Positions 49,189-61,504 of a stretch of 64,000 bases of DNA are shown here, one piece after another. Made by a program: the position numbers and the translations under genes. The stretch spans positions 215,297 through 279,296 of the forward strand of contig NIVC01001370.1 in the NCBI GenBank assembly GCA_002269645.1, written 5' to 3'. The DNA is from Macrostomum lignano (lineage: Eukaryota). The notes under the pieces are model-generated. The model had not been told where the DNA came from. It saw only the letters and a program-made list of their open reading frames with translations, and did not search any database. Numbering within the stretch: position 1 is the stretch's first letter; every line of letters begins with the position of its first letter.

Positions 49189-50005
49189 AGTAGTTTCGGA
49201 GCTCCGCAACCTGGTCGCCGCTTCACCCTCGCTGACCGGCCACACCCGCCGCTGGATGGACTCGCGCCTATCCCGCCTCTACCTGTACGTGGACTCTGTC
49301 GGCAATGGCGGCGCAGCGCCCGCGTCTCTGTCCGCCAGAATTTTATTCGCCATCAGAGGCGCAAGCGCAGACGAAAGCATCAGCAACGAAACTCATAGCC
49401 GATGTCGCAGCGAGTCCTGCAGAACCAGCTCGCCAGACTGGTCGTTCGGCTCCGCGTGCATCTGCCTGAGCAATTCCAGCGAAGCGGACATCGCCGTGTC
49501 CCTGTCCGCCCTCCGGCCGGAGCTCTACTCGCCCGGCCTGCCGTCGTCTCTGGCGCACGCCTTCATGGGCGCCAGGCTGGCCGAGGCGGCGTTCGGCGCC
49601 GTCGGGCCCGCGCACCGGCGCCGGTACTACTCTACGGAGAGCGAGGCGCGCGCCTCGGCCGCCGTCGGCTGTCTCAACCGGCAACTCCGGCTGCCATCGG
49701 GTGGCCGATCGTTGACCAGGAGCGTCGCCAGCCTCGCCGGCCTGAGAGCGGCGCTGGCGGCTTTTCTGCGGCCTGATGGTGGCCGCCGCCAGGCTGAGCC
49801 AATAGAGCTGGCCGAGTTCTTCATCAACTGGGCGCAGACTCAGTGCTCGCTGGCCGACGCCTCCGCAGTAGAGAAGTTGATCAACTGGGCTGTCGTCGAA
49901 TCGTCCGATTTGGCAGCTGACGCGTTTGCGAGAGCTTTCAACTGCAGCAGTGAGGACGCTATGACGCCTGCGGCTGGTCGGGAAGAGCTTTGCCGATTTC
50001 CCTGA
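49189..50005 (+). CDS. M13-like protein, exon 2 (degenerate catalytic domain)
   Basis: Acceptor CATGCAG| (phase 2); ALRPELYS, SVASLAGLRAALAAF, FFINWAQTQC and FARAFNC..MTP..C follow the M13 C-domain; HExxH absent. Confidence 0.8.
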
Positions 50006-50684
50006 CAGATTCTATTAATTGTAGATTCCTCTCTAACGAGTAGCTCAACGGTTACCCCGCCAAAGTGCACTTGGCCGACCGAAAAGATGACGAAAAAGCC
50101 AGGGCCGCTGCACACCTTGCGTGTGAATACGTTCCTGCGTACGAATCCGTGCTCAGGGGTCAGCCTCGAGTTTAAGTTCTCCAGGAAAGCATAACAGCTT
50201 TTCAATATCCGATTCTCCAGTTTAACTAGAACCTTGCAGAGCCACTTTCTGAGGTGTCAAAATTTACATCGTCAGCCTGAAGGACGTTCGGGATAATTCA
50301 AAACAATGATTGTATAGCTGTACTAATTATATTTAGTTTTAGATTAACATTTTTTGCCTCCCTTCATCATTTATCAGCCTGATCGCGCCTAACTTCATAT
50401 CAAGTATGTGACCAGTTTTTTTCATGAGAGAATATAAGCTATCTTCCGTCCATCAAGTCCTGAGCATTCAAATTTATTCTGTATATTCAAATCTCATCTC
50501 ATAATCGTACACCGATAAGTATATTACTCCTAATTGTTTGGTGCGTGCACTCGTAAGTTTTGTGTGGTATTACAGTTGTAATCAATATCTGCATTGTAAA
50601 TTGAACAATTTATGACTTTTATACAATTACAAGCTTTGAATACTGTGTACCAGAGTTGACGTACGCAGCCCCTCTCACATGTAG

Positions 50685-51793
50685 GTGGTTAGGTGGGCGC
50701 CCCTGTCTCTTAGGTGGGCGCCCCTGTCTCTTAGGTGGTTAGATGGGAGCCCCTGTCTCTTAGGTGGTTAGATGGGAGCCCCTGTCTCTTAGGTGGTTAG
50801 GTGTGAGCCCCTGTCTCTTAGGTGGTTAGATGGGAGCCCCTGTCTCTTAGGTGGTTAGATGGGAGCCCCTGTCTCTTAGGTGGTTAGGTGTGAGCCCCTG
50901 TCTCTTAGGTGGTTAGATGGGAGCCCCTGTCTCTTAGGTGGGCGCCCCTGTCTCTTAGGTGGTTAGATGGGAGCCCCTGTCTCTTAGGTGGTTAGATAGG
51001 AGCCCCTGTCTCTTAGGTGGTTAGGTGTGAGCCCCTGTCTCTTAGGTGGTTAGATGGGAGCCCCTGTCTCTTAGGTGGGCGCCCCTGTCTCTTAGGTGGT
51101 TAGATGGGAGCCCCTGTCTCTTAGGTGGTTAGATGGGAGCCCCTGTCTCTTAGGTGGTTAGGTGTGAGCCCCTGTCTCTTAGGTGGTTAGATGGGAGCCC
51201 CTGTCTCTTAGGTGGGCGCCCCTGTCTCTTAGGTGGGCGCCCCTGTCTCTTAGGTGGTTAGATGGGAGCCCCTGTCTCTTAGGTGGTTAGATGGGAGCCC
51301 CTGTCTCTTAGGTGGTTAGGTGTGAGCCCCTGTCTCTTAGGTGCTCTTAGGTGGTTAGATGGGAGCCCCTGTCTCTTAGGTGGTTAGGTGGGAGCCCCTG
51401 TCTCTTAGGTGGGCGCCCCTGTCTCTTAGGTGGTTAGATGGGAGCCCCTGTCTCTTAGGTGGTTAGGTGGGAGCCCCTGTCTCTTAGGTGGTTAGATGGG
51501 AGCCCCTGTCTCTTAGGTGGTTAGGTGGGAGCCCCTGTCTCTTAGGTGGTTAGATGGGAGCCCCTGTCTCTTAGGTGGTTAGGTGGGAGCCCCTGTCTCT
51601 TAGGTGGTTAGATGGGAGCCCCTGTCTCTTAGGTGGTTAGATGGGAGCCCCTGTCTCTTAGGTGGTTAGGTGGGAGCCCCTGTTTCTTAGGTGTTTAGGT
51701 GGGCGCCCCTGTCTCTTAGGTGGACGCCCCTGTCTTTTAGGTGGGCGCCCCTGTCTCTTAGGTGGGCGCCCCTGTCTCTTAGGTGGGCGCCCC
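50685..51793. repeat. Mixed 29-bp / 21-bp minisatellite CCCCTGTCTCTTAGGTG(GTTAGATGGGAG or GGCG)
   Basis: Direct inspection. Confidence 0.95.
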
Positions 51794-52586
51794 TACTCCC
51801 GTATTCCAGTCTGGTGGATGCCACGCCCAAGAGTTGAAAAACGTTGAGCTGCTGTCTTTCATCGAGCTGGGTTACCTGGGTTTAAGCGGAGTGCAATTTT
51901 AATAGGGGGCGATTATGAAGGGGGGCCCGGCTCCCCTTTGTCTTGTTGACGCGCTAGAATGCTTAGTTTCCAATTCCTCAACTAATCATTTATTATAGCT
52001 TCCTGGCCAATGTGAGCGAAATTCTCATTACCTAATTAAGCGCTACCATTTTTAACCCACAGTCAGTAAGAATTGTCATTAGTACAACAGCTTTTATGGT
52101 CTTTTTATAGGCTTAGTCTGATCCTATACATTTTTTCACTCGCAGTAATCCATTTTGTCTCATCAGTCAGTCAACAGCAAGAGGAGAATATTGATCAGCT
52201 CTGCGGGTGGTGCTGATACGAGTAACTGACGCTAATGGAAGCAGCTTGTTACACCATTGTGCTCCGTCTCATTCCGAGAGAAGAAAGAACGTTCCATGAT
52301 TTTTGCTAGCTGCCTCACATGACAAAGTTTTTTATAAAGAAAACTAAGATTCCAGACTTTTCAAGCATTTTACATACTACTATCTAGCAAAACAAGTAGA
52401 CAGTTTCGATGCATGAATTGAAATTTAGAAGAAATCAGTCTTGCATGTAGTATCAGAGTCGAGACTTGATTCCATTGGTTGGTTACTCAGTCGACTGGCG
52501 TCTATAAAGCGATGATAACTCACTCAAACCAAGCTACCCCAAGCCCAGAACGTTTGTGGTCCCTACTCAGTTAATCAGCTGATAAG

Positions 52587-53345
52587 ATGAAGCTGCTCAG
52601 CTTCCTGATTGTCGCTCTGTCGCAGACTCCTCTGATCTGCAGCAGCAAATGCAGAGTTCAGTTCCATGCTGTCACGGCTCTCAACTGTGTGAGAAGCGAG
52701 TTCGTGCGAACTCACCCGGAGGTCACCACCCTCAAGGCGTGCTCGATGCTCTGCGCCAATGTCGCGCACTGCCAGGCGTTCAGCATGTCCGACGGTCCGT
52801 GCCAGCTGTTCGTGTTTCACAGGTGCAGCAAGAACGTGAGAGACTGCAGCTGCAATCGCACAGCGCAGCTGTTTGTGAGGCAGCAGCCGGGACTGCCGAT
52901 GGGAGCCCTGTGTCCTGCTGGCTACGCTGACGACCTGTGCGGCACCAAGTACAAGTTCATGAGCTGTGCGGGAAACTGGACCAGGTGCAAGGAGATGTGC
53001 GACGCGGAGGCTGGACTCGTCATCATGGCCGAGCTGAGTGATGCAGCGGCGCGAGACAAAGTCGGAAAGCTGGCGGCCGAGCAACTGGCTGGCGTGGCGG
53101 CCGTCAACACAGTTTACGTGGGAGGCTGGCAGCTGCTGGGCAGCTCGGAGCCGTCAGGAGGCTGGCAGTGGGCCAGCTGCGGTCTCAACATCTCGGCTGC
53201 ACTGTGGAGCAGCGGAGAGCCGAACAACCATGAAGGTGTGGAAGATAGAGCTGGGGTCTACCTTAACGGAGGCTTGCTTGACCTGCCTACAAACTATGAG
53301 TACTCAGGCGGAGGCTACTGCCAGTGCGTGTCACCGTTTGACTGA
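52587..53345 (+). CDS. Secreted PAN/apple-like + C-type lectin domain protein (252 aa, single exon)
   Basis: Signal peptide MKLLSFLIVALS; ACSMLC...CQAFS..GPCQLF (PAN-like); YVGG, WQW and WSSGEPNN (CTLD); AATAAA at ~53562. Confidence 0.88.
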   Translation: MKLLSFLIVALSQTPLICSSKCRVQFHAVTALNCVRSEFVRTHPEVTTLKACSMLCANVAHCQAFSMSDGPCQLFVFHRCSKNVRDCSCNRTAQLFVRQQPGLPMGALCPAGYADDLCGTKYKFMSCAGNWTRCKEMCDAEAGLVIMAELSDAAARDKVGKLAAEQLAGVAAVNTVYVGGWQLLGSSEPSGGWQWASCGLNISAALWSSGEPNNHEGVEDRAGVYLNGGLLDLPTNYEYSGGGYCQCVSPFD

Positions 53346-54334
53346 GTCGCAAAACATGGCAAAACAGCGAAAAATATTGCTTGCTTATGATAATAATTCT
53401 TATTTTTCGTCGAATATTTTTTCGATATTGTTTATTGTCAATTGCGGTAGCAGTTTCTGAGCCTGCCATACAACAACAGCACCCCGATGTCATAAACTTT
53501 TTTTATCTTCTTGCCTAGTCAAGAGGCATCATCTATGCTGGTGGAGTTTAAATTTTGAGAATAATAAAGCCTTGAATAAAGTTGTAAATTTTTCATGGCC
53601 ATGTTGCAATAGAAAAGGCAAGCCCGATACTAAACTCTGCACAAGCGGATTGAGCGTTTTAGTGATAAAATTTTGCATTCTGTGTATAGGGGAGATTTTA
53701 CGTGTCGCTCCGACATGGACAAGGCTTGCTACGTTTACGAGGCTACTTGTAATGTATTATTCTCTAAGTCTCTGTTGTCTTGCGTCAAGTATTGTGCTGT
53801 TGAATATCTACAGTATACTGGTTTAAGCAAGGACCACTAGAAACACAACGGTAACTTCTAGTGGTTCTTGTGTTTAGAGGTTTGGGTACTTACCTAGACA
53901 GTTCAAGGTTTGGGTAATCAGTAATCACCTAGATAGGTTCATTGGTAAAACAGTTAAGCATTTTACAAATCTGGAGTAAGAACGCAAGGCATTGACGCGG
54001 AAACATTTATGCAGTGCAAAAAAGTACTATAACTCCTTAATGACGTTTCGAGGTAGCGTGGCTTGTGTACTTTTACATGTCTAAATGTACAGGTACATTT
54101 ATAATGATAGAGTTTTGCGATATTTACTACAAAAAGTTGACACTGTGAGCAAAAGGATGCACACCTGTGTGCATTGAGATGGTTTTTCAGCAGTTCAGTA
54201 ATCTAGAACTATTAGCTACTCTACGTGTAGGCAGATGCGATGGCTTACTGTGAGTAGGATGAGTAGCGTACGAATATTTGAGATCTTCCAATCTCATGAT
54301 CGGTACTATACAAAAAGAATAGCTTAGCTCTGCA

Positions 54335-54639
54335 TTAAGCCTTTCCCCGCCGCCTGTTTCTAATATAGTAATTATAGTAGTCTCCTCGGTCGGCCAGGGT
54401 GCCTCTCAGACGGACGAGCAGCTGGCACAGATAGTGATGTCCGCCCGAATGCCGACGGCCGCGTCGACCGCGTCGACCACGCCTGCTGGCAGTTTGATGG
54501 CAGTTGGCCGGCTTGAACCAGCGATTGCGGAAGACAAAAGCGCAGTTGCCGGCTTTTCTGGATCTCGGCCACCAGGGCTGGTAGGCCGCCGGCTGACCAC
54601 TGGGCTGAAGCCAGGCTCCGCTGCTGGCTCGGTGTAGCC
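54335..54639 (-). CDS. FREM1: FREM1-like, last exon (second half of CTLD)
   Basis: Acceptor GATCTCAG| (phase 1); GLHRASSGAWL..NCAFV..RWFKPANC..HYLC. Confidence 0.8.
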
Positions 54640-55143
54640 CTGAGATCAATTGAAAAACCGATTCATGGAATTTACTGTTACCGAACTATCGTTAACAAAG
54701 AATTTTTTAATAGAAGTAAAAATAGTTTTTAAGAACTACGGATAAATTTTGTTAGTTGAAACCATCTTCGTTTTCTTATATTTTGTTTATCACTTACTTT
54801 ATATGCTACTTTCCAAATTATAATATTTTTCAACTATTATATTTGTCAGTTTTCAATAGAATTTTGCCAAAAATTGATTGTAAAAATTACAAACCGTAAA
54901 TTCAAAACTCGCAACAATCATAAATGACATTGGCAAGTTTTCCCAGTTTTCGTACCGAAATTTCTCTGTATGCTAACTTAAACGATTGCTTAAACGATTT
55001 TTTCCTATCCACGCAGTTTATTTTTTACTCGGAAATTGGCCTCCAAAAGTTACACGATCTTTGAGTTTTACGTTCCGTTATACTGCAGTGGTCCTTGGTA
55101 CTGTGCTATTTAAATACTTCAGACATTCAAGCACAGGCCTCAC

Positions 55144-55317
55144 CAATCCAATAGCGCTTCCGACTGCGCAGATGCTGTTTGATCCAGCGCAGCTCTTTGT
55201 AGCTTCGGATTTCGGCCAGTCTGGCGCCAAATTTTGAGCACTCGGTCCTGGCCTCGCTTCCGGTTAGGCGGTTACGGAAATACTTCACGCAGGAGACGCC
55301 TGACATTGCCGTCCAGC
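55144..55317 (-). CDS. FREM1: FREM1-like, CTLD first half
   Basis: CCCAACAG| and G|GTGAGG (phase 1/1); GWTAMSGVSCVKYF..EARTECSKFGARLAEI..YWIG. Confidence 0.85.
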
Positions 55318-56366
55318 CTGTTGGGAAGATTAGAGGAAGAAAAGAGGAGCTTTTGCTCTGCTTATCAAAACTGTCGTGTGGGGGGGTAGTTTATGGGGCT
55401 CTCGTGCCATGACTCCTAGTTAGCTTTCGTGGGATTTACATCCATACGGGCGGCCAACCTCCAGGGAACAGAGAGTGTACATTGCCTGAAAGTCAGTGCG
55501 TGCCTTAGTACAGTACATGGCGCGCTTGTATTTGCTCAGGGGCAAGTGGGATGGGACGATGCCACGTGCAAAAGGTGTTGCGCCAAAGTGCTCACAACCA
55601 TTCAACGAATTATTATTTATTGAGAGCCCTCAACAATAAGCTTGCCAGCCTCCCAGTTTATGGGTTCTCCCAGTCGCAATATAATAAACAAGCGGCCGGT
55701 ACACTCTACTGCTCTCAGCTGCAACCCAGCGCTACAGTATTTACAATTTGCAGTATATTTACAGTATTTTTTACAATCGGCAGACGATGTATTTTATTGA
55801 AACGAACTGGCCAGGTACCAACAAAACACTGGCACTCTCTACCTTATTAGTTTTGTAATTAAGCCCTATAAAGAAAAAGTGAGAAACGCATAAAGCAGGG
55901 GGAGCCACCACCGCCAACCCCTCAGCGTGCGGCTAATTGCGTGCTATTTGCTTTGTAAGTCTGTCGCTCTCTTCTGCCCTTCCCGCAGGCTATGCCGATG
56001 AATTGAGTGTCGTTGCTTTTTAACGATGCAATTTGAACCAAAACTGAAGAATTGAATGCCGAAAAATGAAGCCGAAGACAGGCTTCTTGCTTTTTCAGTT
56101 AGTTAGTCGCACTTGCCCCCCCCCCCCCCCCTGATATAGCGCGCCTCGTGCCAATGCAGTTCCACACTGCAAGGCAAGCTCCCCATTCATGTCGATGCTG
56201 TTTATTTTACGAGATGAAATGCCAATTCAAGCATAGTTACTTTCTACACAAATTTTTGTTTACTTATCGCACATCAAGCTATCGCCAGACGCGGACATGC
56301 CAAGCTATGAAGCGAAGTTCGGAAGAAGTTTAATTAAGAAAGGTTGATTGGTGGAGAGAGCCTTAC

Positions 56367-56544
56367 CAGCCGGACAAGAGATCGGCTTGTCTCTATACCG
56401 CTGCTGGACCTCCGGACTGCCGCCAGTCTGACTCGCTAGCACACTCTCAAGCGTGACCCATAGAGCTCCGTTGCAGATGTACTTTCTCCCACTGCCGGGA
56501 TCCGATCGCTGCTCGCCGCTCAGGTAGATTGTGCAGCGTGGAAA
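56367..56544 (-). CDS. FREM1: FREM1-like exon ending SCPA(G)
   Basis: CATGCAG| (phase 0), G|GTAAGG (phase 1); gives SCPAGW as in FREM1. Confidence 0.8.
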
Positions 56545-56622
56545 CTGCATGTGCAAGGTTTACCAATACGATGGTGCTTTAGTAAGTCATCCAAGTTTAC
56601 ATGAAGACTAAAATAGACTTAC

Positions 56623-56826
56623 CCCTCTGCTATCTTTGTGGTTGCCTCGAAGTTCCTCTTCGTGTAACCGTTTCAGCTCTTCACCCGATGGCACGAGAAC
56701 TTCCGACCTTTCCAGTGAGCCACCGTTCGCAGCCACCGTCGGCACCACTGGTCGTTTAACTGGAAGCGGCTTGACTGGTTTGGGCGGCCGCGGCTGACCG
56801 AGCGGCTCCTGTGGCTGATCGCTGAG
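56623..56826 (-). CDS. FREM1: FREM1-like Pro-rich linker exon
   Basis: TTTAACAG| and GGG|GTAAGT (phase 0/0); 68 open codons. Confidence 0.75.
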
Positions 56827-56913
56827 CTGTTAAAATAATTAACTCTCTGTGGTTTATGTTAAGGTTTAAAAGAACACATTTTTGGGAATCATTTTTGGTA
56901 AGTCAACGCCCAC

Positions 56914-57181
56914 CTGTCTGTTCCTGGCAAAGTACTGCAGGTAGTGTCTGAACAGCGCCATATCATTTGATCTTGACGGCTCAAAACGATCGCTAGAGAT
57001 GCCGCAGCCGTCATCCATTCTTTTGCGCCTTCGGCTGTTGGGATTCAGCAGAACCACAACGGTGCTGGAGTTTCTGCCGACTAGACAGTTGCCGGCGACA
57101 CGAGGCTGATGCGCAGCTTGGCGCGCTTGGTGTCGTTGCGTCGTTGGGCAATATGGATTTTGATCTGAGCTGCTCTCTCGC
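56914..57181 (-). CDS. FREM1: FREM1-like exon, second half of Calx-beta (frameshift near 57090)
   Basis: GERAAQIKIHI..LRISLVSP / NCLVGRNSSTVVVL; acceptor phase 1, donor phase 0. Confidence 0.72.
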
Positions 57182-57567
57182 CTATGCGTTCCGAATGAAA
57201 AATGGAGATGTGTGTGTTTGTTAGACTTCTCTTGCGCAGACCTACGTCATGCCTAGAGAGTTGCTTCTCTTAAGGACAGTTTTTCGGTCCCGGTCACGAC
57301 TCATTTAAAGCGAATCTGATTCCGAGTGTGAATTGTAAGTCTGTCCTCTCTTCACTTTGTTGCGCAGGATCATGCATACATATTAGGTCTTTCGTTGGGA
57401 AACAGCAGAAAATTCTAAAAGTCTCGTAATTTTGATACATTAATAAAATCGTTTGCGTATAATTCGTATAATTACGAGCTAGTTCCAACTAAAATTAATT
57501 CTAAATATTTGTTTTTTGAGTACTTTCGTTTCACTTTCCAGCATCTTTACATCATGCAGAAACTAAC

Positions 57568-59796
57568 CCGGATTGAAGTTGAGTATGCTGCCGGAGATTA
57601 AGGAGAAGTGGGCTCGGTCGTCTGGGCTGCCAGGTGACGTTTCAAAGCGTACGAAAGCAGGCCGATTCAGGGCTCCTTTGCGAAAGACGTCTAGCTTGAG
57701 GGTGCCCGAGCTGAGACAGCGGATCCGATATCGACGCTGTTCGAACCCCACTACTGACCAGGTCAGGTGGACTCGCTTTCTGTCTGACACTTGTCGGCCA
57801 TCTCGACCGTTGCTAGCAACAATTTCGAATGCGTCTTCGATCTCATCTGAACTGCGACGGGGATTATTGAAACGGTATGTCAGACGACCGGAGTTAATGT
57901 CAGTCTGTGCGAACCCAACAGCACCAGGCGAATCTCCCAGCCAAAGATGCCCGAGGGCTGGCTGGGCGGCGACGCGGAACACCGCCGTTTGTGGCACAGC
58001 CAGGATTGACCGGTTGTCAAACCGGAAGCCGGCTCCGCTGGCGCTGAATCCTGCCAACTCGCTGGGACATGCCGCGCGCAGAATTGTCACATTACTGTCG
58101 TCACCACTGTTGGAAGGCGATCTAACAACGATGCTAAACGTATGGGTTCGATCGGTCGCCTGTCGCATTACTGCCGGGTCGTCGATTACAAATAGGAAAC
58201 TATCTCGACCGCTTGGTGAAACATTGGTGCTTCGATATTCCACCATGCTGGAATTCAAATCGGTTTGGCTGAAGGTGTCGTCAGGTCTGAGGCCGACGGA
58301 TCTGGAGTGCACACAATATGCCATGCTTGGGCAAAGAAATCAAACGGTAGTGCGGTTCTGGACGGGTGGTAACAGCACTGCGCCCGGTCGTCATCAATAA
58401 ATTTTCTGGTCCTATGTTGGCCGCCGAATGAGCCGCGAGAGACAATGGAACCGATTTCAGAAGCCGAGGAGGTGGCACAGATGGAGACAGGGGTAGAAGT
58501 CGAACGAACCAGCTGCTGGAAGCTACTTGGTTGTCCCAAGCAGCATTGAGTTGTATCAAAATGTCAACCGGTTCGCTACAGCAACTAGCATTAAACACTA
58601 TAAGCCCAGTCGCTATGTCTGATGCTAGCAACTCCGTCGCCACAGCCGACGAATTTTGTTCGCCTTTCTTACAGAGCTTCCAGCAACTGCCATTCGGACG
58701 AATCGCCTGAAGACTGGCTGAAGGAGGCTGCGTACCAAATACGCGAACCTTGACATCAGTCTCCGCTATGCTGACAGTTGATCCAACCTCTAATTCAGTC
58801 GGGTTCGTTATCAACTGAAGCGGAGAATGTGGACTTGAAGAACTAGGCAGAACTTGAATTTCCAAGCGAGCCAACGAAGCCGAGAATTTTCCATCTTCTG
58901 GGACGAACTGAGCTTGCTCAACAGAAACTCCTGAGTTACCTTCCTCTAAGTTGCCAGTGAGAGGTGGCACATGGACAAACAGTCGGTTGAGTTGCACATC
59001 CCGTTGCGTGATTTTCTCGCCGAGCCTAAGCGGTGTCAAATTCAAGCGGGTGTGCCGCGACCAACTCAGCAATGTCGAAGCCACAAGCAGTTGAGCTCTG
59101 CTAGGAAGCTGTACAAGCGATAGTGTCAAGTTATCCTTTGGCGTATCTCGATCTCTAATTAGCAAGTGGCGCTCGGTTACGGGCACTGTCTCTCCTGGTC
59201 TTAGTTGCAGTCTGTCTGTTGGCTCTACTAGCCTAGGCGGTAAATCGTTGGTTGTAATGATGGAGATGCGGCATTTTCGGACTACACGATACACTGGGTC
59301 CCTGGCCTCGATAACAAAGCTATCAGAAAGTGAGGTCACGTCCTGATCCTGCTTATAAACCAGGCTCATGTTTCCTGCAAGTTCGCTCATGGTGAAGTCA
59401 CGATTTGCATTCAAAGTCACCTGCTCAGCGGTTTCTGTGCTCAGCCAATGACGGTACAGCGTGCCAATTTCCGGCAGGTCGACGATCTTCAGTTTAATAT
59501 CTTCTTCGGGTTTGTCGGCGTCGCTCACAGACAGAATCAAAGTGTCGAGGATGCGTGTTTCACCTTTTTGAATTGAGAAATCAGACAGGAAAAGACACGG
59601 TGGCTCATCTGTCACGGGGTAGATAACAACCCTGACGGGCACAGAAGTAGAGTCTCGGCGACCATCAGATGCGCGAATTCCAAATGTGTCATTGGTGTGC
59701 TCAACGCCGCAATGCTGCGTATGAACGAAGAAAACGTGGCCGTCTGTTAGCTGCCGTTTGGTGAACTCGAGCACCGTAGTCTCGCTCCCGCTATGG
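57568..59796 (-). CDS. FREM1: FREM1-like exon: CSPG repeats + first half of Calx-beta (frameshift near 58300)
   Basis: Repeated CSPG motifs (FTKRQLTDGHVFFVH, SDADKPEED, FSQTDINSGRLTY); WSVVGFEQRRY marks the Calx-beta start. Confidence 0.85.
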
Positions 59797-59875
59797 CTGT
59801 AAATTATTTTAGAGCGCAAATTAAGAACCATTGATCAATATGAAAGAAAGGAATACGAGATAAAGTTAATCTTAC

Positions 59876-60584
59876 GGCTGCTTCAATCGGATTTCCCCGT
59901 ATCGGGGTGGCTGCGACACAGACAGCTGCAGATCTTCCGCCGGCGTGTCTGGATCAGTCGCTCGATCAGGTTGCCAGTAAGTACCGAGCGGCCGCCCTCC
60001 GGTACCAGCAGGTGAATGCCCTCGGACACCATGGGTCCCTTGTTGTCCACAGGCAGAATCGATATGTTCAAGCTGTGCGTTAGCCATTCGCCGTTGTTAT
60101 ATATGTACAGTTGACAAGTGTCCGTCACCGAATCGGGACCGATTTCCCCGCCTGTGTGTTGGTAGATAACCCGGCCAGAGCTGAGATCTTCGTGACTAAA
60201 CTGACTGACGCTGCTAGTCGAAATGGTGCCCCAGCCAGGGCAATTTCACCGCGGGTTGGATGTGTCCCAACCAGGTAAGCTGTTGATCCGACGCTGACGC
60301 GACCTTGTATAGCCCTTGGCAGCATTTCAGGCGACAAGCGAACTTGACCACCTTCCGGTACGAGCACCGTGTTGTTGACGAACCCGGCCACAGTTTCGCT
60401 GGTCTCCTCCAGTTGCGGCTGCTCCTGTTCTCGTTGATGCTGAGATGGGGCATTTTGTACTGGCATTGGCTCCAGTGGCTCGCTGACGTTGATGCTAATA
60501 GTACAGTTTGGACCGAAATTTTTGCCATCAGTTGCTTGCACGGAGAAGGAATCTTGACTCACAGTTGAACCGTTATGTCGATAC
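59876..60584 (-). CDS. FREM1: FREM1-like exon, CSPG repeats (frameshifts near 60228 and 59965)
   Basis: YRHNGSTVSQDSFSVQATDG, FSHEDLSSGRVIYQH, VPEGG, ATDPDTP; phase 2/2. Confidence 0.82.
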
Positions 60585-61504
60585 CTGAGATTGAAGCAAT
60601 GACAAGTTGAGTGCTGATTAAGAGTTTTGCTTAGATTTTATTATTGAGACCGGCATCTGATGGACAAGAAGCAGACTGCTAATTATTTCTGGATTTTTAT
60701 GGTCTGAAAGAAAACAGAAGAGCAAAGCACTTGGTGCAGTGGATCCTAATTTAGCATCACATAGTTACGCAACCACTCAATAGAGGTTTGAGTATTTTTA
60801 TCGCTGCTTGGCATCAAATTCTTAGGTTTGCTCCTTAGCAAGGCGCACATGCTATTTCTGCTGTGAATCGTTTTTTTGCCTTCCTCATAATTTAGTTGCT
60901 CGACAGTAGCTGACCCAACTGGGCAAACAGGGTCAGCTTCGCTTAGACTTAAGTCTGCCAGCAGTCCACGCCCCTCCCACGATATTATTTGAGCCATACC
61001 AGATTGAGCTTGAGTAATTCTGAGTGTGTTTGCGCACCATTGAGTGTGCCTGGCTCAAGTGGTCCCTACTCAAGTGGTCTATAGCGACCGCTTTCATATT
61101 TTCTTTCCCACTGTCTACAAGCCTCATGAGGCTTGAGGAGACGTACTTGGCTCATGACAGCAGGTGATCTCTTCTGCCACTCGTCTTACCTCGAATACTT
61201 CATTTTTGGGGCGGGCAATCCGAGAGGCAACTGGAGAATAGCGAAAGAAATATTCAAGCTAATGAAATTCAGCTACTTGGCAAGCAGTGAAAGGAAAGCG
61301 CACGCAAAGGCTTGCAGAATTGCTGGGAAACTAGGAGACGATGAGTTTTTAATTCTATGCTGTTGTTTCGGCATAACGGTCTCGGTTGAATTAGCATGGT
61401 GCGTTTGTTTCGAATTAAGCAATGACTCAATTCCATGTCTTGGTCTTTTATTAAAAATGATCAAACTACCATTAAATTTGTTTTCAACCATGCACAGTAC
61501 TTAC

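Noticed and set aside
50685-51793. Interstitial telomere (TTAGG)
   Set aside because: TTAGG occurs once or twice per 21-29 bp unit, not as a tandem telomeric run
57573-58400. 275-aa plus-strand ORF and other plus ORFs over 57.5-64 kb
   Set aside because: Antisense shadows of FREM1-like coding sequence
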